Source: Vicugna vicugna (taxonomy: Eukaryota). From it: a stretch of DNA of 64,000 nucleotides. Shown here piece by piece: positions 1 through 10,947 of this stretch (positions are counted from its first letter, which is position 1; every line of letters begins with the position of its first letter). Under the pieces are notes generated by a model that did no database searches, had not been told where the DNA came from, and was given only the letters and a program-made list of their open reading frames with translations. The DNA is taken from assembly GCA_013265495.1 (NCBI GenBank), contig MU058645.1, positions 62,001 through 126,000 on the forward strand. The letters run 5' to 3'. The position numbers were made by a program, and so were the translations under genes.

Positions 1-269
1 CCCTGTGAATATCTGACTCATGTGGGTCCAACGCACGAAAACCTCAGTGCACTGCTACACTTTGAGACAACACAAAACAGCTCAGACATTTCCGAAGAAT
101 TTTTAAGGACCCTGTTGAGAACCACTATCTAACTTACACTAAGCTTCAGATTAACTTAATTGTCTGGCATTATTATATTTAATTAAAAAATAGGCTAATA
201 GTTCCTTATGTTTATTTGTTCTTCCACTTTCAAAGTAAATTCTGTTAACTCTTCTCCTCAAAAACTATA

Positions 270-620
270 AAATGTAGTCATCTCTACTTTTCAGATGGAT
301 TTAACTTAAAAGGGTTTAGTGATTTGTTCCAAGTCAAACAGCCAGAACATAGAAGTAAGGGTGTCTATTCAATTGTAAGGGTTTATAAATTTTTTTTACA
401 TTTCTTCTCTTTTGTTTTTTTCAATTGAAGTATAGTCAATTTCCAGTGTTGTGTTAGTTTCTGGTGTACAGCATAATGATTCAGTTTTATGTATATATAT
501 ATACACACACACACATATATATATTCTTTGATTCGATTCTTTTTCATTATAGGTTATCACAAGCTATTGAATTAAACCATCTAAGCCCCTGATATGCAGT
601 GGCTCTTTACCACATTAGGA
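270..620. mobile_element. MIR SINE remnant interrupted by an L1 3' tail
   Basis: 'tctctacttttcagatgg...ggtttagtgatttgttccaagtcaaacagcca' resembles the MIR core; MIR-like sequence resumes at ~575 ('ctctttaccacatt'). Confidence 0.55.
390..572 (-). mobile_element. L1 3'-end fragment (cetartiodactyl type) with internal (TA)n(CA)n microsatellite
   Basis: T-rich tail followed by 'aattgaagtatagtcaatttccagtgttgtgttagtttctggtgtacagcataatgattcag', the reverse complement of an L1 3' terminus; similar to the copies at 6806, 26033 and 39685. Confidence 0.85.
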
Positions 621-1354
621 CACGTGGATTCTCTTGGCAGAACTGGGCAAAGGAAAACAGCAGCACGCTGGGGGTCCTCGCTGCCACCTTACACGACTCT
701 TGCCCTGGGTGTCCCACAGCAGTGGTAGTTCCCCCTGGCCTGCACCTCACTGTGCAGCCAGCCTGTCTCTGAGATGTGCACCCAGCATTTTCCGAAGCCT
801 GTGTGATATATTAAGACACTGTGTTCACTGTTGAAGGCAGCCATCTGTTCTGAAGAGCTGACACATTTGTTCTGATAGCAGCGCTGGGAAGAGGTCTAAC
901 AGAGCTGCAGCGGGGTGGTAGGACAGAAGGCAGCTGGCGGCCCCAGGCCCCATAAGAACAGGATGGAAAGCTCTACTGGGAACTGAAAAAGACCAAAGAA
1001 CTCTCACGCAAGCAATCCAGTTGTGACACCGAGATAACAGCCAAACCACAAGGTACAGGCAACCTTTTCCATCTCTCGCCTAAGGAGAGTATAAGGGAAT
1101 GCAAGGCCCTCATGGGAAGCAGGTGGAAGCATCTGCAAACTCATCCCTCCCTTTTAGGATAAACAATTTTGATATAAAAAGACTATGTATCGGATCATAC
1201 CATTACACATCTACCTTCTTTTAGGCATAAGACAAGAACTAACTTGTCCTCTGCTTCTTGACAGCATGATGGCCCAGCAGGTGAGAATTCACACACTAGG
1301 GTACCCTGACAGGCTTTCGTAGGAGGGGGCACCAAGTCAGGAATGTTAAGGGGA

Positions 1355-1826
1355 TGTGGTAGGTAAAACAATGGCTCCTCAAAAATGTCCACATCTGAAC
1401 CTTTGGAACCTATGAATTCGCTATGTCCTAAGGTAAATTGAATTAAGATTGTAGACAGAATTTTATATGCAAATCAGCTAATTTTGAATGGGGAGATTAT
1501 CGTGGATTATTGGATAGACCCAATGTAATCTCACAGGAAGGAGGCAGGAGTGTGTCAGAATCATGTGTTGTGAGACTCAAGCAGCCATTGGAGGCTTTGA
1601 AGCTGGAAGGGGTCCACCAGCCACGGGATGCTGACAGGCTCTAGAAGCTGGAAAAGGCTGGACTCACTCCTAGAGCCTCCAGAAAGGCACACGCCCTGCT
1701 GAGACCTTGGGTTTAGCCCAGTGAGAGCCATTTTCAACTTCTGATCTCGAGAACTGTATGATAATAACATTGCGTTCTTGCCAGTCACTAAGGATGATTA
1801 TTCACAGCAGCAATAGGAGAATAATG
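1355..1826 (+). mobile_element. MaLR solo LTR (MLT1C/D-like)
   Basis: Starts 'tgtggtagg...aatggctcc..aaaaatgtccacatc'; internal 'gggagattatcgtggattat' and 'ctagagcctccagaa'; ends 'cacagcagcaatagga'. Confidence 0.85.
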
Positions 1827-4149
1827 GAGGGTTTTATTTTTTGCATTGTGGCCGACTCAGAGCAGCAGGTTGATAAATTTAGCAGCGGTGACTTAGCGGG
1901 GAGAGAGAAAGACATTTCATGGCTGCATGTGTTTGCATCATATGTTGAATTCTATCATAATTTCAGCTCTCCCGATTTAGAAGCGATAGGGGCTATAATC
2001 AAACAAGTTCTCCTGGGGAATGATTCCAGTGCTCTGGTGAGAGGAAATTATGAATGATGTCCAGGCAAATTAATTTTGGCTATCGGAAGAAGAGTTTTGT
2101 ATCATTGCACTATTCATTTGTCAAAGGCATAATCATTTTGAGAAAGAAGATTTGAAGAGGAATGCTTTAAAGAGGCGTATGGGGTTAACTGAAGGCAGCT
2201 GAGGCCGGCTAATAAACTTTGCCTTATTCATACATTTACAGAATATTTTAGGAGCTGTACTGAGTGTGGAGATGATTAAAAAGATGGCCAAACTTAGCTT
2301 GTGTTCTCCAGAAGTTAACTGTCCAGTGAAGGAGATAATCTTATGGATGATTAAAACACAGCCTGGCAAATGCTTCCCCAGAGGTATGAGTAGGATGCAG
2401 GCAAACAAGGAGATGGGACTGAGTGTGCCTGGGAGGGGACAATCAGCAGTGTTTCACAGTGTGGTCACCTTCCCTGTGTACCCTCATTGCATCCCTGAAC
2501 ACCCAGTTTTTGCAACCAGCGTCATTAAATGGTCTTCAGTATTTACTGGTCCTTAAGGAAAAGGGCTGTCCTTCTTTCTTGTGTGAATTCCTAGCAACTG
2601 TTTCAGGCAGTGGCCATTCTGATGTTGCTGAATAAAGTTACTTACTTGCTGGGTGAGTGAACGAATGACTGCGTGAATCAAGTGACATTTGATCTCACGG
2701 ACGACGAAGTACAAGCAAACGATCTGTGAAGCAAACAGTGCTGTACTGTGGGCATCCAGATTCCAAAGGCATCCCTCAGCAGTGCACTGTTCTTACATAT
2801 AAACGCCACCTCAATCCAGGCGCTGTCAAGACGGGGAGCGATAGACTAGCACTGGTGTCCAAGGCGGTGACCTCTTTCTCCCCGCACGTGGTCGCAGTCG
2901 CAGGAGCTTGTTCATGTAAATGAGTTAGACAGTGAGCCTTGGTGTCAAGGCTTCGGGGAATGGAACACGGAAAACGATGCCTCGCCTCGCCTTGGACTCA
3001 GAAAGCCTGCCCCTGCGCCACCCTGCTTTCTCCCCTGGGCCACTCCCTTTTCCACCTTTCCCTGATTATTCCCTTTGTCCACATGCATTCTGTCTAAAAC
3101 AAAAATCATTCCAAGATCCAGAATCAAATAGCTAAGTTTAAGTATTTGTTGCTTCTAAGGAGCCAAGAGAGCCTAAAGCCATTAGAACCAGACTGACCAC
3201 AAACTCTACTTCTTCCTACCAGATTTCACGTCTGTAGCATGTCGCATGTTTGTTTTGTTTGTGTTCGTTTATTTGTCTGTTTCCACTCTTCCCAACACAT
3301 AAGAGATGCTGAGAGGACCCAAGACTGGGGCGAGCACAGAGTTGAAGGGCTGGTTGCCCAGCTGCTGTGTCGGGGCTCATCAGGGAAGAGGCATTTGGAG
3401 CCAGTTGGTTCTTGGAAAAGGTTATGACCGAACATACGAACCGTTCTCTCACCGATAGCTGGAATTTGAAGAATTTTTTAAAAATATTCATGCAACAGTT
3501 ATTTCAATTGTATTTTTGGTAGTAACTGTGGGCACTAATGAGGTTTTATGATGATATCTAATGATAAGAGGTGCTTCAGACAGTTAACAAGGTCACTTCT
3601 GAAATTTTAATTAAGGTCTAGCATTTATATATGGTTCTTAAAATATGACTTTTGCATGTATTTTATTGGGGAAGAGAGAAGAATTTCTGCAGTTTGTGAA
3701 TTTTATTAGGAACTTGAGATTGGTACTTGTTAGATTTGCATATATCCGAACTACATACTCTACTTACCTCTTGGACTTTCTTAATTATAATATTAGTCAC
3801 TGGTTTACAAATTTGCAGAGTCATCAGTCCTCGAATTATAAAAATGCAATTTTATAACCCACTGTTTATTTCCGTATAAACACTTGAGTACATATCAGGG
3901 TCTCTCTGTTGATAGCACAATAGAATTTGCTAGAAGCTACATTAAAACATAAAGTCCCAGTATTTATACTACATTGTACAGGGACCTTTTGAGCCAAGTG
4001 GTAAATCTTATGACATAGATTTGGAGATAGTATTAACTTCTTAAATTTATTATATCCATTATTATGGGTGATTTTTATAAATAAAAAATTATACATATAT
4101 ATTTATAGGTTAATTTTTTTTAAAAGGAATGCTAAAGTTTCAGGAGAGA

Positions 4150-4275
4150 GAGATCATGGTATTCATAGCTCAATTTTACATATGAAAACAGTGAGACTGG
4201 TTAAACAGATAAACAGCCTATTAAATATAACAGAATGGATTCAAACTTCGGATTCTGAGCTATGCTATTTATCAC
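4150..4275. mobile_element. MIR fragment
   Basis: 'caattttacatatgaaaacagtgagactggttaa...ggattcaaact' resembles the MIR core. Confidence 0.5.
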
Positions 4276-4626
4276 ATGTGCATACAATCACACATCCAGT
4301 ACAGACGGAATTAAACAAGGGAAAGTAACCCAGAATATCTTAATATAGTGTCCGAATATCCAAGAGGAAATATGAATGTGTTCTGGGAAGAAACACTATA
4401 AATATCCTAATGAAATGTACCACGTAAATTTTGAAATATATGAGCCACACTTTTTGAACAATGTAAAAACTGCAAATTTTCCCACAAGACTGCAAATCAG
4501 AAATCAAGTCGTCTCATGGAGTCTTACAGCTACTCTGTTCATACTTCCCCTGCTGCAGCCACCTCCCCGCTCTCTTAGTGTGAGCTAGAGATTGGAGCCA
4601 ATGACATAATTTTCCCAGTGCTAGAG

Positions 4627-4711
4627 ATTTTTGATACCTGGTTTTAATAGTCAGTTTCAAAATAACTATATTTTTGATACCTGGTTTGATAGTTGGTTTT
4701 AAAACAACTAT
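4627..4711. repeat. Imperfect 2-copy tandem repeat, ~43-bp unit
   Basis: 'atttttgatacctggttttaatagtcagtttcaaaataactat' followed by 'atttttgatacctggtttgatagttggttttaaaacaactat'. Confidence 0.9.
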
Positions 4712-5649
4712 AAAATTATGCTTTTCTTTTATTCCTTTGAGACTTTTAACAAATGACCTAGGAAATGAAAAACACACATGAAGGAATCTCCAACACCTAA
4801 GAGAGACTGGGCTGAGACGGACCATCAGGCTCAAGTCTCTAAAGATAAGGACTCCTTTTACCCTTTTTTTTTTTTTCCCTTTGACTACAAGACTTGACTA
4901 TGTCTGGATGTGACCTTCAGTTTCTTTAGAAGTTGTATCAGCGTCACTTATGTGAAGCTTCATAGCAAATGGCAACAGAAGATCAATAATCAGGAGGTCC
5001 TGAAGCGGTGGAGCCAGGCATCCTGACACGGCATGTCTACAGGATGACTGACAGCAGGACATGTAGGTGACTCCTGGGCATCCCAGATGAAGAAGGGTCG
5101 CCCCAGGAAGCATAACTTGAAAGCCGGCATGGTGACATACGGAATCAAGTTCTCAGAGTTGTAGCAGCAGGCACCCAACAGTGTGCCGAGCAGCAGCGTG
5201 AGATGGGCTGATTCATTTTGGGCAAGAAAGGTAGCCGTCCAAGAGGCAGAACCCTGAAAACGACAGGTCTCAGAGCTGAGGCTCCCCTGTGCTCCAGAGG
5301 GCGTGTGTCTGCTCTATTAAGTGGCTGCTGAGTGTAGTGACATTTTTCCCAAGCACTCAGTGAAGGGCGGATTCTTTGAGATGGCAGCTTCTGGGTGGTC
5401 TGTACAAGGGACACTTAACGTCACTGCAACAACTTTGATAAGAGTAATTTGCTTATTAAGGACTTTAGACTGCCCTTCCAGTATCTAAGCTCCTGAGGGT
5501 CTGTGGGCAGGTGAAAAACTAACAGGAGGAAAATGAAACTGCAGATGTATTATTATTAGCCGCAGTATTATCATAAAAGTAGATTTGACTCCTGGGCCCC
5601 TACATGTGGCTCCCCAGCTCCACAGGGTGTGTGGAGGAGGGTGACAAGG

Positions 5650-5996
5650 TGCCACTCCCAGGACTGCGTTGTGCAGCCCTTCAGAAGGCAGATTATCTGG
5701 GCGTGGCTACTCTAATCGCAGGAGGCCTTAAAGGCACAGAATTTCCTCTGGCAGCAGAGGGTAGCGGATGTCAGAGACATTAGCTAAACAAGCCAAACCT
5801 ACGTACCTCCTGAACCCCCACGAAGGAGCGTCACCTGCTGACAAGTTGCCAGTGGCCTCAGGAGACCTGGCGGAGTCCAGCCACGTGTCTAGCCCCAGGG
5901 AGCCTGTGAGACAATAAAGGTGAGCTGTTTTAAGCCTAGAAGTTTGTGGTAATTTGCTCCCCATGAATATAAAATTCAGGAAGAGAAATTAATACA
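5650..5996 (+). mobile_element. MaLR LTR (MLT1E/F-like)
   Basis: 'gattatctgggcgtggctactctaatc' and the typical MLT1 3' end 'ctgtgagacaataaa...tgttttaagcc..aagtttgtggtaatttg...taataca'. Confidence 0.7.
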
Positions 5997-6754
5997 CCAT
6001 GACGGGGTCTCAGCGACTCTCAGGGGCCCACAGACGACGTTTGAGAACCGCTGGTTTAAGAAATAGTTTGGTAGACTTCAGTCTATGCTGTTCATAGTCT
6101 TAAATTTTCAGATATTCTATTTTGACACCACAAATACCTTTCACAAGCTGAATTCAGGCTTGCTTAGATCCAGCAAGTGAAGTCTGAGCATTCTGCCATC
6201 ATAGACTGGTCACCCGCAGACAAATTAGGCCTGTGGGCATGTTTCCTGGGACAGATTGTAGGCCACACAGTCCTTTAAATTAGGTGGCAATACTCAAACA
6301 TTACGAAGTATGAAAACGCAGACTTCCGGCCTCTCTGCAAACTCACCGCGTGTGGCACGTTGCACCCTCACTGCTTTGTGGTGGCATCCGGCCAAGGGGG
6401 TTGAAGTTGTCCCTTTACTCTGGCTATGTTCTCTCCAGCTAATCGCTCTCCGGTCCTGGCTCTCCGGTCCCTCGTCCAGGTCCCGCCCTGGTGCCTGCCG
6501 TCAGCCACTCAGCAAAAGCAGTGGGAGACAGACTGAGCCAAGGTCATCCCTCTCCCTCCCAGGCGTCTCCCTCTGCTTCCTCGCTCCCTCTGTATCCCTG
6601 GGGCCTTGCTGGCTGGCCCTACCCCAAGCCCCCGCAGGCTGCGCAGCTGCTTCCCTTAGTGAGAGCCGATTTGCCCAGAGGGGGAGGAGAGAAAGCCAGA
6701 GGAGCAGCCCCGTGAGAGAGAAGGTGTCTTCACTCTCCTGCGGAGTCTCCTGGG

Positions 6755-6805
6755 GTGTGTGTGCGTGCGTGCTTGCGTGCGTGTGTTTGTGTGTGTTTGT
6801 GTGTG
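6755..6805. repeat. Imperfect (GT)n microsatellite next to an L1 tail
   Basis: 'gtgtgtgtgcgtgcgtgcttgcgtgcgtgtgtttgtgtgtgtttgtgtgtgt'. Confidence 0.9.
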
Positions 6806-7151
6806 TTATTGAGGTATAGCTGGTTTGCAATGTTGTGTTAGTTTCTGGTGTACAGCAAAGTGATTCAGTTATACGTACATATATATATTCTTTTTCATTA
6901 TAAGTTATTACAAGCTATTGAATATAGTTCCCTGTGCTGTACAGTAGGACCTTGTTGTTTATCTATCTCATATATAGTAGTTTGTGAGTGCAAATCCCAA
7001 ACTCCCAATATATCCCTCCCCTTCATTCCCCGCTGGTAACCGTAAGTTTGCTTTCTATGTCTGTGAGTCTGTTTCTGTTTTGCAAATAAATTCATTTGTG
7101 TCGTATTTTAGATTCCACTTATAAGTGATATCATGTGATATTTGTCTTTCT
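6806..7151 (-). mobile_element. L1 3' UTR fragment (cetartiodactyl type)
   Basis: 'ttattgaggtatagctggtttgcaatgttgtgttagtttctggtgtacagcaaagtgattcag...gattccacttataagtgatatcatgtgatatttgtctttct'. Confidence 0.92.
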
Positions 7152-8199
7152 TGGAAGAAGTCAGTCAGAGAAAGACAAATTCTTTTAACACACGTGTGAG
7201 CTCTTCAGGTGCTACCCACCCTGTCCTGGCTTTCATGCTCTCAGCTGCAGTGTCCTTCACTCAGGTAGTTTGTGTCTGCTGTTTCCTTCAGCCGCTTGCG
7301 GTCCACTCATTGACTGGGATCACCCTTCATTCCGAGCATCTCTCCCAGGCAAGATCTGAAGTTCTCTCCCACTTGGCTTGTATCTCGCAAGCAGGAAGCG
7401 CTAACAAATGAGCGTTTGTGGTTTTTGCTTTTTTGATGGCTTAGGTGCATTTTATTGGTTTTTTTCAGGAGCACTCCACGCACTCATGGGGCTCTGCTCT
7501 CAGAGCATGTGGGCACCCTCACCTCCGCCCCTCCTCCCTTCTCAGGTGGGAGTCGGACCCCGACGGACGCCGCTCCACCGCTCCGCCGGCCCCCTGCCGT
7601 CCCTCTTCATCCTTTCCTGCAGGATGCGCTCCTTGCTGAGGGGCCGTCAAGCAAGGAGGACACGCAGGTTCACTGAAGCTGAATCAGAAAGGTGTCGTTT
7701 TGTCATTTTATTACATGGTCTGTGGAAACCTAGTTGAAATCTGACTGTCAAAGTAAAACAACTGTCCCCCTCCGTTTGGTTTCACCCACAGATCTATGTG
7801 CAGATCTTCCATGTCATTGACACTTTAAAGGTTGGAAGATAATGGTGCGGTCAGGGAATAAGTCCATGTGGTAGGTCCATCCATACCGCTTCTGAGTTGG
7901 CCTGATCTATAAATCAACACAGCCTACGTATGAGTTAAACTGCAGGGCCACGTAACGACATCATCCTCAGTCAGTACCTCTTTGTGAGGTTCAAAGTCTG
8001 TGTCATGAGTGATTGTTTTTCAAATGCTATGTGGAAATCCACAGCTATTAAGTGTATTTTTAAAAGAAATTTAGTTCAAAAGAACATGCAAAAAATACAC
8101 TAAAAATTCAGGTAATAAAAGGAATACTTTACAAAAATATTCTTTGAGATTTCTTGCCATAAACTGCTGACTGAGGTGCTAGAAATTGGAAAGCTAAGT

Positions 8200-8760
8200 T
8201 TGAATATTATTAGAAAATTATCAGCCAGAACAAGAGGCAAATAAAAAACTGCAAAGTATATTTATAACATAACAGGCTAATGATTAATGCTTTTAGGATT
8301 TGAAAGCCCCCAAGAAGTTGGTAAGAAAAAGACAATGGCTCCATTAAAACTAGCAAAAGATATGAACAAGTAAGTCATAAATTACTATGATGAAGTCCAA
8401 ACTTGTTAATTACCTGCAAAATGCAAAAATAAACAAAATGGGAAGCAATTTTCCATCTTGCAGTAGGTAATGCAAAGTGTTGGCAGAGATTCAAGATAAT
8501 CTCACGTGAAGCTGATAGAAGAGAAAAAAAGGTTATACATCTGAATTTGGCAAAGTATAGGAAAATACTTAAATTATGCATATACTTTGACCCATCAGTC
8601 TCTCGTCTAGAGATTTAAATCAAGGAAATATCAAGAGCTGTGTGCCAAGATTAGCTCCAAGAATGAACAGCATTTTTTCTAACAGTGACAACTTTGAAAA
8701 CAAAATTAAATGTAAAACACTAGCTTAGTAGTTGAATAACTTTATACTTCCTTATAAAGC
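8200..8760 (+). mobile_element. Old L1 (L1ME-like) 3' remnant
   Basis: 'gcaaaagatatgaacaag' and 'gcatatactttgacccatcagtctctcgtctagagattta' are degenerate L1ME 3' motifs. Confidence 0.65.
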
Positions 8761-9300
8761 TTTATCCTTTACCCACTAAACTACATGTATCAGGTTGAAT
8801 AAAAAACATACTATTCTATCATAATTCATATTTATTCAGCATCTGCTTTGTGTCAGGGTCTTTTCTAGGCACTGGGGATAAAGCAATGGATAATTATATA
8901 CATAGAAAAACTTTACACATATACAACAGATTCTTTACATTTATTTTTGTTTCCTATAATTAAAAAAATACTGCTTTCTTTATAAGACAAGTATTTTAAT
9001 TAAAATTTAATCTGAACAGTAGAAATCTTTGAAATCATTTTCATCTATTCCTTATTTGTATCATTTTAATATTTTATAACTATTATGATTTCATATATCT
9101 CTAAACTATTAGAAGTTAAAAATCAAGTTTTATAATAAAAAGGGATCTGAATCATATCTGGATAAGCTGCGTCTCTGTTCTCTTTTTCCCTGTTTAGGAC
9201 ATATTTATCTGGTAATGCAAGGTGACCCTCAAACACTTGGGGACAGGAGATGCTGGAGAAATTATCGAGCTTCCCAGACTTCAGATTGACAATTCTGGGA

Positions 9301-9331
9301 GATATATATATGTGTGTATATATATATATAT
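9301..9331. repeat. (TA)n/(TG)n microsatellite
   Basis: 'gatatatatatgtgtgtatatatatatatat'. Confidence 0.85.
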
Positions 9332-9549
9332 TAGCATTCAGCTATCTAAAATTTAATTTAGTTCATGGTCCAAGATATGTGTGAGTGTAAATCTTTTATT
9401 TCCGTCTTCTATATAGACAGTCAGCTGTGGCAATACCATTTATCAAATAATCCATTTTTTGTTGGATTATGCTAACGACTATTTCTATGTTCTAATATCC
9501 ACTTTTGTTTTAGTGATTTATTTTTCTAGTTTCATGTTTCAGTAATGAT

Positions 9550-9850
9550 CAGTATCAGTTAATGTATGCTGAACTATAAACATTCCCCAAATGTCAACGT
9601 TTTAAACCAACAAATACTTACTTTTATTGTGCACGGCCAGTGCAGTTATTCCAAGACCCAGGGGGAAGCAGTCTCCCTTCCACGATTTTACAGGGAAAAG
9701 AAGGGAGCTGTGACTAAGCATTCTCGTGTTTCTGACACTAGAAATGACACTAATTTGACCTTAATATCATGTTTGTATTTTATTGTCCAAAGCAAGTCAG
9801 AGGACTATGTTTCTTCAAGACTGGTGGGGATGGAGAGGCAGAGGGTTAGC
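9550..9850 (-). mobile_element. Old MaLR LTR remnant (MLT1J/K-like)
   Basis: 'tatcagttaatgtatgctgaactataaacattccccaaatgtcaacgttttaaaccaacaaa' resembles the reverse complement of an MLT1 3' end. Confidence 0.5.
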
Positions 9851-9929
9851 AGAGGATGTGTGGACAGCGAGCGGTAAGATTTGCCCTTAGGTAAAAGCGC
9901 CAGACTGATTTCATTAGTGTCTGCGACTC

Positions 9930-10460
9930 TGCGGATTGGTGTCTTTCATCGGTTTAAAAAAAGTCTCCGTCCTTATCTCTCCTACTGACCACACCACATT
10001 TTCTACCTCAGCGTTCCTTTGGGAAATTCAAGTAGACTGTGTTTGATATTCTCATCTTCTTGTCCATATATTTTACTTATTATTTCCTATTTTCACCCTT
10101 TACCTGTATGCTGCATTATGGATAGTTTCTTTTGATGTATTATCCTACCTACCAATGTCTTCCTCTGCTGTGTGTGTTTCCTGAAGCACATTCCTGGAGT
10201 TTCAGTTTCGGTTTTTGGAGTTTTTCATTCATAGGGGTTCTGTTGGGTTCTTCTGCAAGGCTCATAAGCCATTTTTAGTAGGTCTCAGGTTTTCACTTTA
10301 TTGATTTCACTTTATTGCTTTCTTACTGTATTAGTAGAAAGCACTTAAGCTCTATTTCTTTAACCAGAGTAAGACAGTTGCTGTATCATATACGTCCCCA
10401 AATCCCCTTAGGTACAGGGTTTTGGTCTATTTTTTCGATGTATTTTTTTCTTACTCTTAC
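9930..10460 (-). mobile_element. Old L1 remnant (ORF1 region, antisense)
   Basis: T-rich degenerate motifs 'tgctgcattatggatagtttcttttgatgtattatcc' and 'tttttcattcatagg...ctgttgggttcttc'. Confidence 0.55.
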
Positions 10461-10809
10461 TGAGAATATGGGTGGATATGGAGGGCCACCTTATCCACAT
10501 TGATGTTTCTGTAACAGCTCCGTCAACAGCAGTAAAATGCACTTTTTGGTGTCATAGTTAAACCACCTTATGGTGTATAAATGCTGCTGTCATTCCTCTT
10601 GGTGTTTCCTCTTCTGTGTTCACAGACCGTTGTCTTTTCTGCTTCACTGTTTTGTTTTTATTTTTGCTTTTGTTTGTTGGCTAAGGTCTTCTTTCAAGCA
10701 GTTTTATATGGGCAATATCCTCTAAATTTCTGCATACTGTTGAGTTTATGTTTTTGTCTTTCTATTCTGACAGTTGTAGATATGATCATTTGTGTTATAG
10801 GGAATCCTT

Positions 10810-10947
10810 AACAACTTTTTTTAATTAAGCTTTTTTTTTTTTGGCTGGAGAGGTAATTAGTTTAGTTTTTTAGAGGAGGAAAGAGGGATTCAACCAAGGA
10901 CCTCGTGCATGCCAAGCATGCGCTCTACCACTGAGTATACCCTCTCC
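10810..10947 (-). mobile_element. tRNA-derived SINE, camelid vic-1 type
   Basis: Reverse complement reads 'ggagagggtatactcagtggtagagcgcatgcttggcatgcacgaggtccttggttgaatccc...aactaattacctc' plus poly(A), with Pol III A/B boxes. TSD ttatag(g)gaatcctt at 10795-10809 and 10948-10961. Confidence 0.9.

Noticed and set aside
6310..6830. 169-aa (+) and 109-aa (-) ORFs
   Set aside because: Low-complexity S/P/L-rich translations running through a (GT)n microsatellite into an L1 tail.
10860..10947. tRNA gene (Ala-like head, minus strand)
   Set aside because: It has a SINE body, poly(A) tail and TSD, so it is a retroposed SINE rather than a tRNA gene.
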